Below, in pieces: positions 38,659-48,556 of a stretch of DNA of 64,000 nucleotides (its first letter is position 1; each line of letters opens with the position of its first letter). The stretch covers positions 160,001-224,000 of the forward strand of contig CAVVUS010000011.1 of NCBI GenBank assembly GCA_963751345.1, written 5' to 3'. The translations under genes were made by a program, and so were the position numbers. The notes beneath the pieces were generated by a model, which saw only the letters and a list, made by a program, of their open reading frames with translations, did not search any database and had not been told where the DNA came from. The stretch is from an uncultured Chloroflexia bacterium. Lineage in GTDB: Bacteria; Chloroflexota; Anaerolineae; B4-G1; SLSP01.

Positions 38659-41600
38659 GTGGCCAGGGGGCAGACCACGAACTCGCCAATGATGCTCAGC
38701 CGCTCGTCCGCGGGCCCGCGATGGCTTGTCGGGGGGCTGTCTCTCACCGGGGGCGCTGTCTGGGGGCTGGCGGCGGCTCGCACCCTCGCCCTGGATCTGC
38801 ATTGGGCCTTCTGCTACAGCCTGGCGGCGGCTATCCTCGGGGCGCTCCTCGGTGGTCTGGCCGTGGCCGTGCTCGGTTCTCTTCTCCGTGTTCCTTTCGG
38901 ACAGAACGACCGTAGACTTCTGACGGTCATTGCGCTCTACCTTCCCCTGGTCGATCTGCTCAGCGAGACCTATCAGCCCTGGCGTGGGCCCCTGCTGCTT
39001 CTCGCGGCGCCACTGACGTTGGGGCTGAGCCTTGCCCGCCCCACCAAGGCCCTGTGGCTTTCCCTGGCCATTGTCGTGCCCCTTGCCGTCTACCTGCCCG
39101 ACGTCTCGCCCTACGTGGGCCGCGCCGATACCTTTGAGTTCCAGGTCATCGGGCCGCAGTTGGGGATTGCTCATCCGAGTGGCTATCCTCTCTACACGTT
39201 GCTGTGCAAGCTGTTCTCACTGGTACCCTTTGGGAGCATCGCCTGGCGGGTCAATCTCACCTCGGCCTGTTCTGCGGCATTGGCCTCCGGAGCACTTTAC
39301 CTGAGCCTCGACCGACGGAAGCCCGGGCCGGGGGCTGAGACCTCCCGCTTCCTGGCCTTCGTCACCGCGCTGATGATGGCTTTCTCGCCCACGCTTTGGT
39401 CTCGGGCCATAGAGGCCGAGGTGTACGCTCTGAACGCTCTGCTGATCGCCCTGGGTCTCCTGTTGGTCACCCAATGGACTGACGGCAAGCTGCAGACGCG
39501 ACTGGCGTGGCCTGCCTTCGGGCTGCTCCTCGGCCTCGCGGTGGCGGCCCATATTACGCTGGGAGCTCTGGCCTTTTTCGCCCTCGCGGGACTCCTCGCG
39601 GCGAGGGTCAAGCCCGCCGGTCGGACCTGGATCTGGGCCATCGGCCTGGGTGCTCTCGGGCTGATGCTCTATGCCTACATTCCGCTGCGCTGGCCCGCGG
39701 TGACGGGGGGAGCGGTCATGTCGCCCGCCGACTTCGTCCGCTACGTCCTGAATGCCGGTTCCGGCGGTGCCCTCCGCCCGCTAGCCTTCGTCCAGGATGC
39801 CGGGCGCTGGTCGCTGGTCGGCCGTCTTCTCCGTGAGCAGGTCGGGTGGTTCGGCCTCGCGTTCGCCGCAATCGGGCTCCTCTCATTGGGGCGCGACCGC
39901 CCGTGGATCGCTGCGGGCACGCTGGCATCCTTCGCTGCCTGGGTCTGGTTCAGCCTCAGTTTCTATGTCGCGGAGCCCGACTACTCCGCGTTCCTGATCC
40001 CCGCGCACGTGGTACTCACTTTCTGGTTGGGCCTTGGCCTGCAGATGCTCTATCGTGCGTTGGTCTCGTGGAGGGGGCTGAGCGATTCCGGCGCCTCACG
40101 TGCGGGGCACCTCGCGGCCGTATTGGGGCCTGCCTTGGCCGCGTTTGCCCTCTACTTTGGCCTGCGGCAGATCTGGACGACCGGTCCAACGCTGGACACG
40201 CTCACCCAGGGCCGCACCGACGAGAGCTGGGCGCGATATGTGCTGCAGCTTCCCCTCGACCAGGGCGCGGCGATTCTGGCAGACAGCGAGAAGTTCCCGC
40301 CGCTCTATTACCTGCAGCAGATCGAGGGCATCCGACCGGATCTCGAATTGGTCACGCTCTTCAGTGAGCAGCAGTATCGCGAGGCGCTGGAGCAGCGGCT
40401 GGGCGAGGGCCGGCGCGTCTACCTGGCCCGATACCTGCCGGGCATGGACGCATATGGCGTGAGCTCTGTCGGCCCGTTGGTCGCGGTTGCCCCCGACACC
40501 ACGCAGATATCCGATGAGGATGGGATCGCCAGCTTTGGCAGTTCTCTGGAGCTCGTGAGCTATCACGTTGTGCCGGACCCGCTTTCCCGTCCGATGGTGC
40601 ACGTCACACTGACCTGGCGGGCAATGTCTGTGGTGCGCGAGGATCTGGAAGTGCGCCTTCGGCTCGTCGATTCTGGCGGCGCTGTCCTCTGGGAGACCAT
40701 CGAGGGTCGACCGGTGAGCGGCTATACGACGACGCAGGCGTGGGCAGTGGGATCGGTGGTGGATGACTACCACGCGCTCGCGTGGCCCGATTGGGTTCCT
40801 GCCGGTGATTATTCCTTGGAGGTGGGCCTCTTCCCGCGTTTTCAGGACGACGGGCTACCGGTGGGAGGCGGGGGTACCCCATGGTATGCCCTTGGTCCGG
40901 TGACGGTGAGTGCGCAGGACGTCGAGCCGTCTCCGCCCCGCCTGGACGTGCTTGTGGATGGTGCGACGTGGCTGCTGGGGGCCAATCACCCGACCGAGGT
41001 CCAGGCGGGGATGCCGCTGAATCTCGATCTCGTGTGGCTATGTCGCGAGCCCGGAACCGCTGAAGCGGTTACTACGAACCTGACCTCCGGGGTTGGTAGT
41101 AACGACTTCAGTCGTTCTGTCCGGGGAGAGGGGATCCTGGATCTGCGCTGGGTGCCCGCCGACGGTTCTCAGCCCTCGGTGGACCAGCCCCTGCTCGCCC
41201 GCGGGCAGGGCGATCGGACCACGCCCTGTGCGACGACCGCGCCAGGTCCGACGGCGCGACGCTATACTGTGGTGGCACCGCCAACGGTGGGGCGCTACAG
41301 TCTTGAGATCGTGGATCCCCAGGGCAGCCGGCGTCGGTGCATCCTTGCGCTGCAGGTGGCCCGGCCCGGCGCAGGATAGCTGTCCCCTCGGCGTCGTCAC
41401 GGTGGTGCCCGCCGCGGCGGGACTGGCGAACTTCGACGACAAGATCCTGCTGCTGGATGCGGACCTCGATGCCGGTGGCGTGCCTGCGGGGGGACCCTTG
41501 AGCGTCAACCTGACCTGGCGTCCTCTGCAGAGCTTGTCCCTGGATTACACCGTCTTCGTCCAGGTGCTTGGCCCCGACGGCAAGCTCTACGGGCAAGTCG

Positions 41601-41824
41601 ATAGTTGGCCGGTCCAGGGCGCACGGCCTACGAGCGGGTGGCAGCCGTCGGAGGAGATCGTGGATCCCTACCGGTTCTACGTCAAGACGGACGGGCCGGC
41701 GGGCGACTACAGGGTCGTCGTCGGCTGGTATCTGCTGGCGGACATGACACGGCTGCCCCTGGTGGATGCGATGGGTCACGCGACCGGAGATTTCTACGTC
41801 GCCGGCACCTTTCGGATGCCCTGA
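38659..41824 (+). CDS. DUF2723/TMEM260-like membrane glycosyltransferase with C-terminal beta-sandwich repeats (frameshift ~41330)
   Basis: D..EF...LGIAHPSGYPLY, WRVNL.SA, FSPTLWS.A..AEVY; C-terminal 'LTW..DYTVFVQ..GQVDSWP...W' domains. Confidence 0.8.
41055..41116. repeat. GTAG-type REP doublet, copy B (inside DUF2723 gene)
   Basis: AACCGCTGAAGCGGTTACTACGAACC (reverse complement of GGTTCGTAGTAACCGCTTCAGCGGTT) and GGTTGGTAGTAACGACTTCAGTCGTT. Confidence 0.8.
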
Positions 41825-41931
41825 CCGGCCCTGCAGAGGCCGGCAGTGGGCGATACACAGGAGGCGCCTCCGCGTGGGCCGTCGCTCCACAAGCAGGCAT
41901 CCTCATAGCCTTCCCTTCTCGGATTTTGGTC

Positions 41932-41971
41932 TTGACACACCCGGAAAGCACAGTATTATTTAGACGGCTAA
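41932..41971 (+). promoter_or_regulatory. sigma70 promoter plus short palindromic operator for the ABC exporter pair
   Basis: TTGACA-16-TATTAT, then TTAG-ACGG-CTAA (41960-71). Confidence 0.55.
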
Positions 41972-42008
41972 CGATTAGATAGCATATAAGTGAGGGAAGG
42001 AGGACGGC

Positions 42009-43793
42009 ATGAAGTCTCTTCGACGGATGCTTGTATACATCGCACCGTACAAGCGCGACGCGGTGCTTGCCCTGGCGCTGCTCCTGGGGGTCGTCGCGGC
42101 GGACCTTGGGATTCCACGCCTTACCCAGCGGGTGATCGACAAGGGGATCAACCAGGGCGATCTACATATCATCATCAACACCTCGTTGTTGATGTTCGCC
42201 GCAGCCCTCATCAGCGCGATCTTCGCGATCGGCAACACCATTCTGTCGGTGCGGGTCGGCCAGCGCTTCGGGGCCGACGTCAGGAGTGCGATCGTGCGCA
42301 AGGTGCAGACGTTCTCGTTCGGCAATCTCGACCGCGTGCAGACGGGACAGCTCCTGGTTCGAGCGACCAGCGACGTTACGCAGGTGCAGATGATCGTGAT
42401 GATGGGGTTACGGATTATGACCAGGGCCCCGCTCTGGCTCCTGGGGAGCGTCATCATGCTGGCGATCAACAGCCCTCAGCTTGTGCCCCTGATGCTTATC
42501 CTGATGGCGTGCGTTCTGGTTCTGATCGTCGTCTTTGTCTTCCGCGCACGTCCATACTTCCTCATCGTCCAACAGAAGCTCGATCGTCTCAACCAGGTCA
42601 TGGAGGAGAACCTCGCCGGCATCCGCGTCGTAAAGGCCTTCGTGCGGACAGCACGCGAGAATGAGCGCTTCGGTGAGGCGAACACGGACCTGATGGATCA
42701 GAGCATTCGCGTGAACCAGATGCTGGCCTTCCTCTTTCCTACCCTCACGCTGATCATCAACTTGGGCATAGCCGGCGTGATCTGGTTCGGCGGTATACGG
42801 GTTGTATCGGGCGGGTTCAGCGTTGGGGAAATCGTTGCCTCGTTTAACTACTTGACCTTCTCGCTCTTCCCTATGGTCATGCTTTCCAGCATGCTCGCAC
42901 CGCTATCGGCTGCAGATGCCTCGTCAGGACGTATCCTTGAGATCCTGGAAGCGGAGCCCGATGTACAGGAGCAGGCGATCGTGGCGCCGCCGTCGACCTT
43001 CGCCGGGCGGGTGGTCTTCGACGACGTGTGCTTCCAATACAACGGAGAAGATTGTACCGAGCCGGTCCTCAGCCACGTGAGCCTTGTTGCCGAACCCAGA
43101 CAGACGGTGGCGATCCTGGGGGCCACGGGGTCGGGCAAGTCGACTCTGATCCATCTGATCCCGCGATTCTATGATGTCACTGCCGGTCGCATTATCCTCG
43201 ACGGTGTCGATATCCGGGCGCTGCCCATTGACACCTTGAGGAGCCAAGTGGGGATTGCGATGCAGGACGCCGTCCTGTTCAGCGGCACAATTCGCGACAA
43301 CATCCGCTACGGGCGCCCTACCGCGACCGACGAGGAGGTCGTCGAAGCCGCTAAGGCTGCGCAGGCACACGACTTCGTCGTGGGGCTCCCGGCGGGCTAC
43401 GATACTATGCTCGGACAGCGGGGCGTCAACCTCTCAGGGGGACAGAAGCAGCGGATGTCGATCGCACGTGCGCTGTTGGTGCGCCCCCGCGTGCTCATCT
43501 TGGATGACAGCACAAGCGCCGTGGATTTCGAGACCGAGGCCAGGATCGAGGCTGCCCTCTCAGAGGTGTTGAGCGATGAGTTCGCGCGCAGCACGACCAT
43601 CTTCGTCGTCGCGCAGCGCATTAGCACGGTGATCAATGCCGACAAGATCGTGGTGCTTGAGCGAGGCAGAATCGCGGCGATGGGCACGCACGAGGAGTTG
43701 ATAGGGTCAAGCGAGATCTACCGCGAGATCTATGCCTCGCAGCTTGGCGGCAGTCCCAGCAACCTCGTCGCAGCAGCCGTGGGCGCGGCATAG
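42009..43793 (+). CDS. Heterodimeric ABC exporter subunit (degenerate site, TM287-like)
   Basis: 6-TM plus NBD: GATGSGKS, LSGGQ, LILDD (E>D), AQR (H>Q). Confidence 0.92.
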   Translation: MKSLRRMLVYIAPYKRDAVLALALLLGVVAADLGIPRLTQRVIDKGINQGDLHIIINTSLLMFAAALISAIFAIGNTILSVRVGQRFGADVRSAIVRKVQTFSFGNLDRVQTGQLLVRATSDVTQVQMIVMMGLRIMTRAPLWLLGSVIMLAINSPQLVPLMLILMACVLVLIVVFVFRARPYFLIVQQKLDRLNQVMEENLAGIRVVKAFVRTARENERFGEANTDLMDQSIRVNQMLAFLFPTLTLIINLGIAGVIWFGGIRVVSGGFSVGEIVASFNYLTFSLFPMVMLSSMLAPLSAADASSGRILEILEAEPDVQEQAIVAPPSTFAGRVVFDDVCFQYNGEDCTEPVLSHVSLVAEPRQTVAILGATGSGKSTLIHLIPRFYDVTAGRIILDGVDIRALPIDTLRSQVGIAMQDAVLFSGTIRDNIRYGRPTATDEEVVEAAKAAQAHDFVVGLPAGYDTMLGQRGVNLSGGQKQRMSIARALLVRPRVLILDDSTSAVDFETEARIEAALSEVLSDEFARSTTIFVVAQRISTVINADKIVVLERGRIAAMGTHEELIGSSEIYREIYASQLGGSPSNLVAAAVGAA

Positions 43794-43856
43794 TCGCAGA
43801 CAGACCTGGTTCCGTCCGGGTGAGGCCGGGCGAGCAACATTGAGGAGATAGGTGCC

Positions 43857-45761
43857 ATGCTAGATTCGAGTCAGAGGAATTCAGTGCGCCCGAACGGCGG
43901 TGATGGACAAGGGCCGGGCGCGGCAAGACAACCGGCACCTCCGCCACCCATCCCCGGGCCTGGGGGCAGGGGGCGTGGGGCAAGGATCGAGAAGGCCAAA
44001 GATGTGAAGGGGACGGTCCGCCGGCTATTGAGCTATCTCAGTCCCTATCGCAAGGCGATCGTTGGTGTGCTGGGACTCGTTTTGGCCGGCACACTCCTGG
44101 ACCTTGTGGGCCCAGCGCTGATGGGCCGGGCGATCGACGCGTTGACGCGCACCCGCGACATGCAGGCTGTGCTTCGCATTCTCGCGGTGATGCTGGCGAC
44201 CTACGCCAGTTCGTGGGCCGCCAATGTCGTGCAAGCCGTCGTAGTGGCGCACTTTTCACAGAAGGCACTGCGTGGGCTGCGCCAGGAGCTCTTCGAGCAC
44301 ATTCAGACGCTATCGTTAAGCTTCTTCGACCGTCATCCCCACGGCGAGCTTATGAGCCGCCTAACCAACGATATGCAGGCGATCAGCAACGTGTTGACGC
44401 AGAACGTGACGTCGCTGTTCTCCGGTTTGCTGACGTTGGTCGGTGTCATCGTGATGATGTTTGTGCTCAATCCTCTGCTGGCATTGGCATCTATGATCGT
44501 TCTCCCGGGGATGGTGTGGCTGGTGGGGTTCGTGGGGAAGCGGACGCGGCAGGGGTTCCGTGAGTACCAGATGCGGCTGGGTGTCCTCAACGCCCAGCTC
44601 GAGGAGATGTTCAGCGGGCAGCGCGTGGTCCTTGCTTTCGGCCAACAGGGGGCGGTGCTGGATGCCTTCGAGGGCGGCAATGCAGCCGTCAGGGATGTCG
44701 GCATTCGCGCGATGACCTATTCACTCCTGGTCCCCCCGTTGATGGGCATCATGAGCAATGCCAATGTCGCGATCATCGCCGGGCTTGGGGGATGGATGAC
44801 CCTGCAAGGTCTGGCCACGGTTGGGACGATTGCTTCTTTCTACACCTACTCGCGTCGCTTCGCGGCGCCGCTGCGGCAACTGAGCAACCTCTACAACCAG
44901 TTGCAGTCGGCAATTGCAGGCGCAGAGCGGATCTTTGAGATCATCGACGAGCGCCCGGAGATCCAGGACGAGCCGGACGCTATGACGCTGGAGCACGTCG
45001 GTGGTGACGTTGTCTTCGACCACGTGGAGTTTGCCTACGTGCCCGGCGTCCCGATCATCAAGGATATGAGCTTCCACGCACGTCCCGGACAGATGATCGC
45101 ACTCGTGGGCCCCACCGGGGCCGGCAAGACGACGATGGTCAACCTCCTATCCAGGTTCTATGATATACAGTCCGGACACATCCTGATCGATGGCGTCGAC
45201 CTGCGTGGCATGGAGAAGGCGAGTCTGCGCCGGAAGCTGGGCGTGGTGCTGCAGGATACGTTCCTCTTCTCGGAGACCGTGATGGAAAACATCCGGTACG
45301 GCCGCCTGGATGCGACTGATGAGGAAGTCATCGCGGCCGCCCAGCTCGCGAACGCTCACCAGTTTGTCGCCCGTCTGCCCCACGGGTACGAGACCGAGCT
45401 CTCCGAACGTGGCAGCAACCTGAGCCAGGGACAGCGGCAGCTCCTGGCCATCGCCCGGGCGATCCTCGCCGACCCGGCTATCCTGGTCCTCGACGAGGCA
45501 ACGAGCAGCGTGGACACGCGCACCGAGATGCTGATCCAGGCCGGCCTTTTGAGGTTGATGGAAGGGCGTACGAGCTTCGTGATTGCGCACCGGCTCAGCA
45601 CCATCCAGGGCGCGGACAAGGTCTTGGTGATCAACGAGGGCGAGATCATCGAGCGGGGCACGCACGAAGAGCTCCTGGCCGGCCGGGGCTTCTACTACAA
45701 CCTCTATATGAGCCAGTTCAAGGGGAAGGACGTCGCGGTCGAGGTCGCGCAAGGGGCGTAA
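43857..45761 (+). CDS. Heterodimeric ABC exporter subunit (consensus site, TM288-like)
   Basis: GPTGAGKT, LSQGQ, LDEATS, AHRL. Confidence 0.92.
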   Translation: MLDSSQRNSVRPNGGDGQGPGAARQPAPPPPIPGPGGRGRGARIEKAKDVKGTVRRLLSYLSPYRKAIVGVLGLVLAGTLLDLVGPALMGRAIDALTRTRDMQAVLRILAVMLATYASSWAANVVQAVVVAHFSQKALRGLRQELFEHIQTLSLSFFDRHPHGELMSRLTNDMQAISNVLTQNVTSLFSGLLTLVGVIVMMFVLNPLLALASMIVLPGMVWLVGFVGKRTRQGFREYQMRLGVLNAQLEEMFSGQRVVLAFGQQGAVLDAFEGGNAAVRDVGIRAMTYSLLVPPLMGIMSNANVAIIAGLGGWMTLQGLATVGTIASFYTYSRRFAAPLRQLSNLYNQLQSAIAGAERIFEIIDERPEIQDEPDAMTLEHVGGDVVFDHVEFAYVPGVPIIKDMSFHARPGQMIALVGPTGAGKTTMVNLLSRFYDIQSGHILIDGVDLRGMEKASLRRKLGVVLQDTFLFSETVMENIRYGRLDATDEEVIAAAQLANAHQFVARLPHGYETELSERGSNLSQGQRQLLAIARAILADPAILVLDEATSSVDTRTEMLIQAGLLRLMEGRTSFVIAHRLSTIQGADKVLVINEGEIIERGTHEELLAGRGFYYNLYMSQFKGKDVAVEVAQGA

Positions 45762-45769
45762 GGCAGTTG

Positions 45770-46774
45770 TCAGTTCCCGTTCGCCGGCAGGAACTCATTC
45801 GTGAACGCCTGCCGGACGTCGACGTCGCCGGTGATGGCCTGATAGGTTGTCAGCGTGTCGAGCAGCGCCTGCCACTGCTCCGTCGTCTGCCAGCCGATGC
45901 CGTGGGAGACCGTGGAGGGTCCGTAGGCTGCCTGCACTTCGGTGTCCAGCATAAAGCGCATATGGTCTGGGTCCGCATCGGGACCGGTGTAGGTCAGCAC
46001 GATGTCCACGGCTTCCTGGGGATGTGCTTCGGCGTAGGCGATGCCGCGTAGGGCCGCTCGCATAAACCGCGCAAGCTGATCAGGCTTCGCCTTGATCTGG
46101 TCATCGGTCGTGACGTACGTCAGCCCAAGTGTGGGGACGCCGAAGTCCGCAGGGTCCCACTCTGTCAGCTCGTAGCCCCAGCTTCTCAGCGTGTCCGGCT
46201 CGTTTGACGTGTAGACCGGGTAGATGTCGACCAGGCCTTCCGTCAGGACGCGGGGATCAAAGCCCACGTTGACCAATTCCACGTCCTGTTCTGAGAGCCC
46301 GGCCACATCCAGAAGCGCGAGCAGCTCCGGCGGCGGGGTTCCTTTGTAGCCGATTTTCTTCCCTCGCCAGTCCTGGAGCGTCGTGATGCCCGAGTCCGCC
46401 AGCGCCACGAACGCCTGCTGTCCTCGCTGTCCAATCAAGCCGATGGAGACCAGGGGAAGGCCCGGATCCGCCCGACGTCTGAGCAGCACCGCCGCGTCCT
46501 GGGTGGTCACGGCGACCTTTCCGGCCACCAGTAGTTGCAGATGCTCGCCGCCCCCCGCGGAGTGCTGGATCTCGACCTGAAGGTTCTCCTCCGTGAAGAA
46601 TCCCTTCGCCTGGGCGACGTAGACGCCGACGAAGGGTAGGTCGGCCTGGGGCTGATAGCCTGCCATGAAGACGAACGGCGCTTCGGCGCCGGCCTGCGGC
46701 CGGGTGCAGCCGACGAACGCCATCAGGCAGATCAGGGTCAGAGCCAGGGACGTGATCAGAGTTCTTTGGCGCAT
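45770..46774 (-). CDS. NMT1/THI5-like ABC substrate-binding lipoprotein (ThiY-like)
   Basis: Lipobox FVGC; YVAQAKGFFTEENL.V; Y.SNEP. Confidence 0.8.
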   Translation of the reverse strand: MRQRTLITSLALTLICLMAFVGCTRPQAGAEAPFVFMAGYQPQADLPFVGVYVAQAKGFFTEENLQVEIQHSAGGGEHLQLLVAGKVAVTTQDAAVLLRRRADPGLPLVSIGLIGQRGQQAFVALADSGITTLQDWRGKKIGYKGTPPPELLALLDVAGLSEQDVELVNVGFDPRVLTEGLVDIYPVYTSNEPDTLRSWGYELTEWDPADFGVPTLGLTYVTTDDQIKAKPDQLARFMRAALRGIAYAEAHPQEAVDIVLTYTGPDADPDHMRFMLDTEVQAAYGPSTVSHGIGWQTTEQWQALLDTLTTYQAITGDVDVRQAFTNEFLPANGN

Positions 46775-46793
46775 CGAGCCTCCCATACCGACG

Positions 46794-47636
46794 TCAATCC
46801 CAGAAAACCACCCGCGCTTCGAGGGCGATGAAGAAGCCATAGAGGCCGATGCCCATCAGGGCAGAGCAGAAGACCGCCCCGAAAAGCGTCGGCATATCCA
46901 GATTGCTGTAGGCCAGCCACATGACTCGCCCCAGTCCGTTGGATGCTCCTGCCCACTCCGCGACGACCGCCCCGACCAGCGATAGTGGCCCTGCCACCTT
47001 GAGCGCGGCGAACAGATAGGGCATCGCCGAGGGCCACTGGGCGTGGCGGAAGAGCTCCCACCGGCTGGCATTCAGCGAGTGGAACAGATCCACCACGGCA
47101 GCGTCAGTGCTGCTGAGCCCTGCGTGCACGTTGATGAGGATGGGGAAGAACGTCATTAGGGCGGTGACGATGATCTTCGGCGCGGGGCCGAACCCGAACC
47201 AGATGATGAGCAGGGGGATGACGGCCACGATAGGCGTCGCCTTGACCAGAATCGCCAGTGCCAGAATCCCACGTTCCAACCCACGCCAGAACGTGATGAC
47301 GATCGCGACCAGCGTGCCGACCAGTAGGCCGAGGGCCAATCCGAGGGCGGCTTCCATCAGCGTCACCGACGTCGCCCTCAGGTACCGTCCTGCGTTGCGC
47401 CACAGGACCCCGGCGACCAGCGAGGGCGTGGGCAGCAGGTAGGCGGGAATTCCCTTCGCCGTGACAATGGCCTCCCAGGCAGTAAGCGCCATACCGACGA
47501 TCACGACGATGGACGCTGCGCTCCGCAGGGCCTTTCGCCGGTGACTGCGTGGCTCCTCTCCACCTCCGTGGGCTGCGGGAGGCGTAGCCGCTCCAGACGC
47601 CTCGGTCGCAGGCTGCATCGCCGGTTCGGTGGTCAT
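46794..47636 (-). CDS. ABC permease, SsuC/ThiX type
   Basis: LLPTPS, P.VA.IPLL.IWFGFG, AVVAEW. Confidence 0.85.
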   Translation of the reverse strand: MTTEPAMQPATEASGAATPPAAHGGGEEPRSHRRKALRSAASIVVIVGMALTAWEAIVTAKGIPAYLLPTPSLVAGVLWRNAGRYLRATSVTLMEAALGLALGLLVGTLVAIVITFWRGLERGILALAILVKATPIVAVIPLLIIWFGFGPAPKIIVTALMTFFPILINVHAGLSSTDAAVVDLFHSLNASRWELFRHAQWPSAMPYLFAALKVAGPLSLVGAVVAEWAGASNGLGRVMWLAYSNLDMPTLFGAVFCSALMGIGLYGFFIALEARVVFWD

Positions 47637-48376
47637 TTGCGCAACAGGCTCCTCAGGCGACGGATGATCCGGCCCGTCTCGGGGGCGGTCTCTTCCCTCG
47701 GCCTTGGGAGGTCGACGCTCACGATGCCGCGCACCTCGCCCGGGCTCGGCGTCATGACCACGACCCGATCGGCCATCCGGGCGGCCTCGACGACGTTGTG
47801 GGTAACCCACAGCACGGTGGGCTTGAAGGTCTCCCAGAGGCGGAGCACCTCCTCCGTCAGGCGTTCGCGTGTGAGTTCGTCAAGCGCGGCGAACGGCTCG
47901 TCCATGAGCCACAGTGAAGCGCCGGTCGCAAGCGCTCTGGCCAGGGCCACGCGCTGCTGCATGCCGCCCGACAGCGTGCTCGGATAGGCGCCGGCAAACG
48001 CCGATAGCCGGACCATTTCCAGCAGTGCTGCCGGCTCCGGTGCGGGCTGCTGGTGGCGACGATTGACTTTTCGCGGGAGGGTGACGTTCTGCAGCACGGT
48101 CTTCCACGGCAGCAGAGCCGGGTTCTGGGCCATCCAGGCCACCTGTTTCTCGGTTCTGGCCTCGCCTGCGGGTCTGTCGCCCAGCAGGATCTGCCCTGAC
48201 GTGGGCGGTATTTGGTCGGCGATCAGCCGCAGCAGCGTGGATTTTCCGCAGCCGCTGGGCCCGATGAAACAGACGAACTCGCCCGAGGCAACGTCCAACG
48301 TCGCACGCGCCAGAGCCGGCAGTGGCTCAGGCGTGTCGACAAACGTCTTGGAGACCGAATTCAGTGTGACGTGCAT
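47633..48376 (-). CDS. ABC ATP-binding protein, SsuB/ThiZ type
   Basis: GPSGCGKS, LLPW, LSGGMQQR, MDEPFAALD, VTH. Confidence 0.9.
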   Translation of the reverse strand: MHVTLNSVSKTFVDTPEPLPALARATLDVASGEFVCFIGPSGCGKSTLLRLIADQIPPTSGQILLGDRPAGEARTEKQVAWMAQNPALLPWKTVLQNVTLPRKVNRRHQQPAPEPAALLEMVRLSAFAGAYPSTLSGGMQQRVALARALATGASLWLMDEPFAALDELTRERLTEEVLRLWETFKPTVLWVTHNVVEAARMADRVVVMTPSPGEVRGIVSVDLPRPREETAPETGRIIRRLRSLLRK

Positions 48377-48397
48377 ATTTCCTCGCGCTCTGGGCGT

Positions 48398-48426
48398 AGT
48401 ATAGGGAGTCGGGTAGGGCGTGTCAA
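48398..48426 (-). promoter_or_regulatory. sigma70 promoter for the NMT1/THI5 ABC operon
   Basis: TTGACA-17-TATACT on the minus strand, about 20 nt before the ATG. Confidence 0.65.
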
Positions 48427-48556
48427 TGGTCCGTTTTCCCGGACCATAGGGAAATGCTCCGTGACCGTTGTTGGCTCGCATGCTTGCGGGAGGGATAGAA
48501 TATGTTAGAATATCCATCCGTACGCATTTCCACATTATGGTACGGAGGAGTGATCC

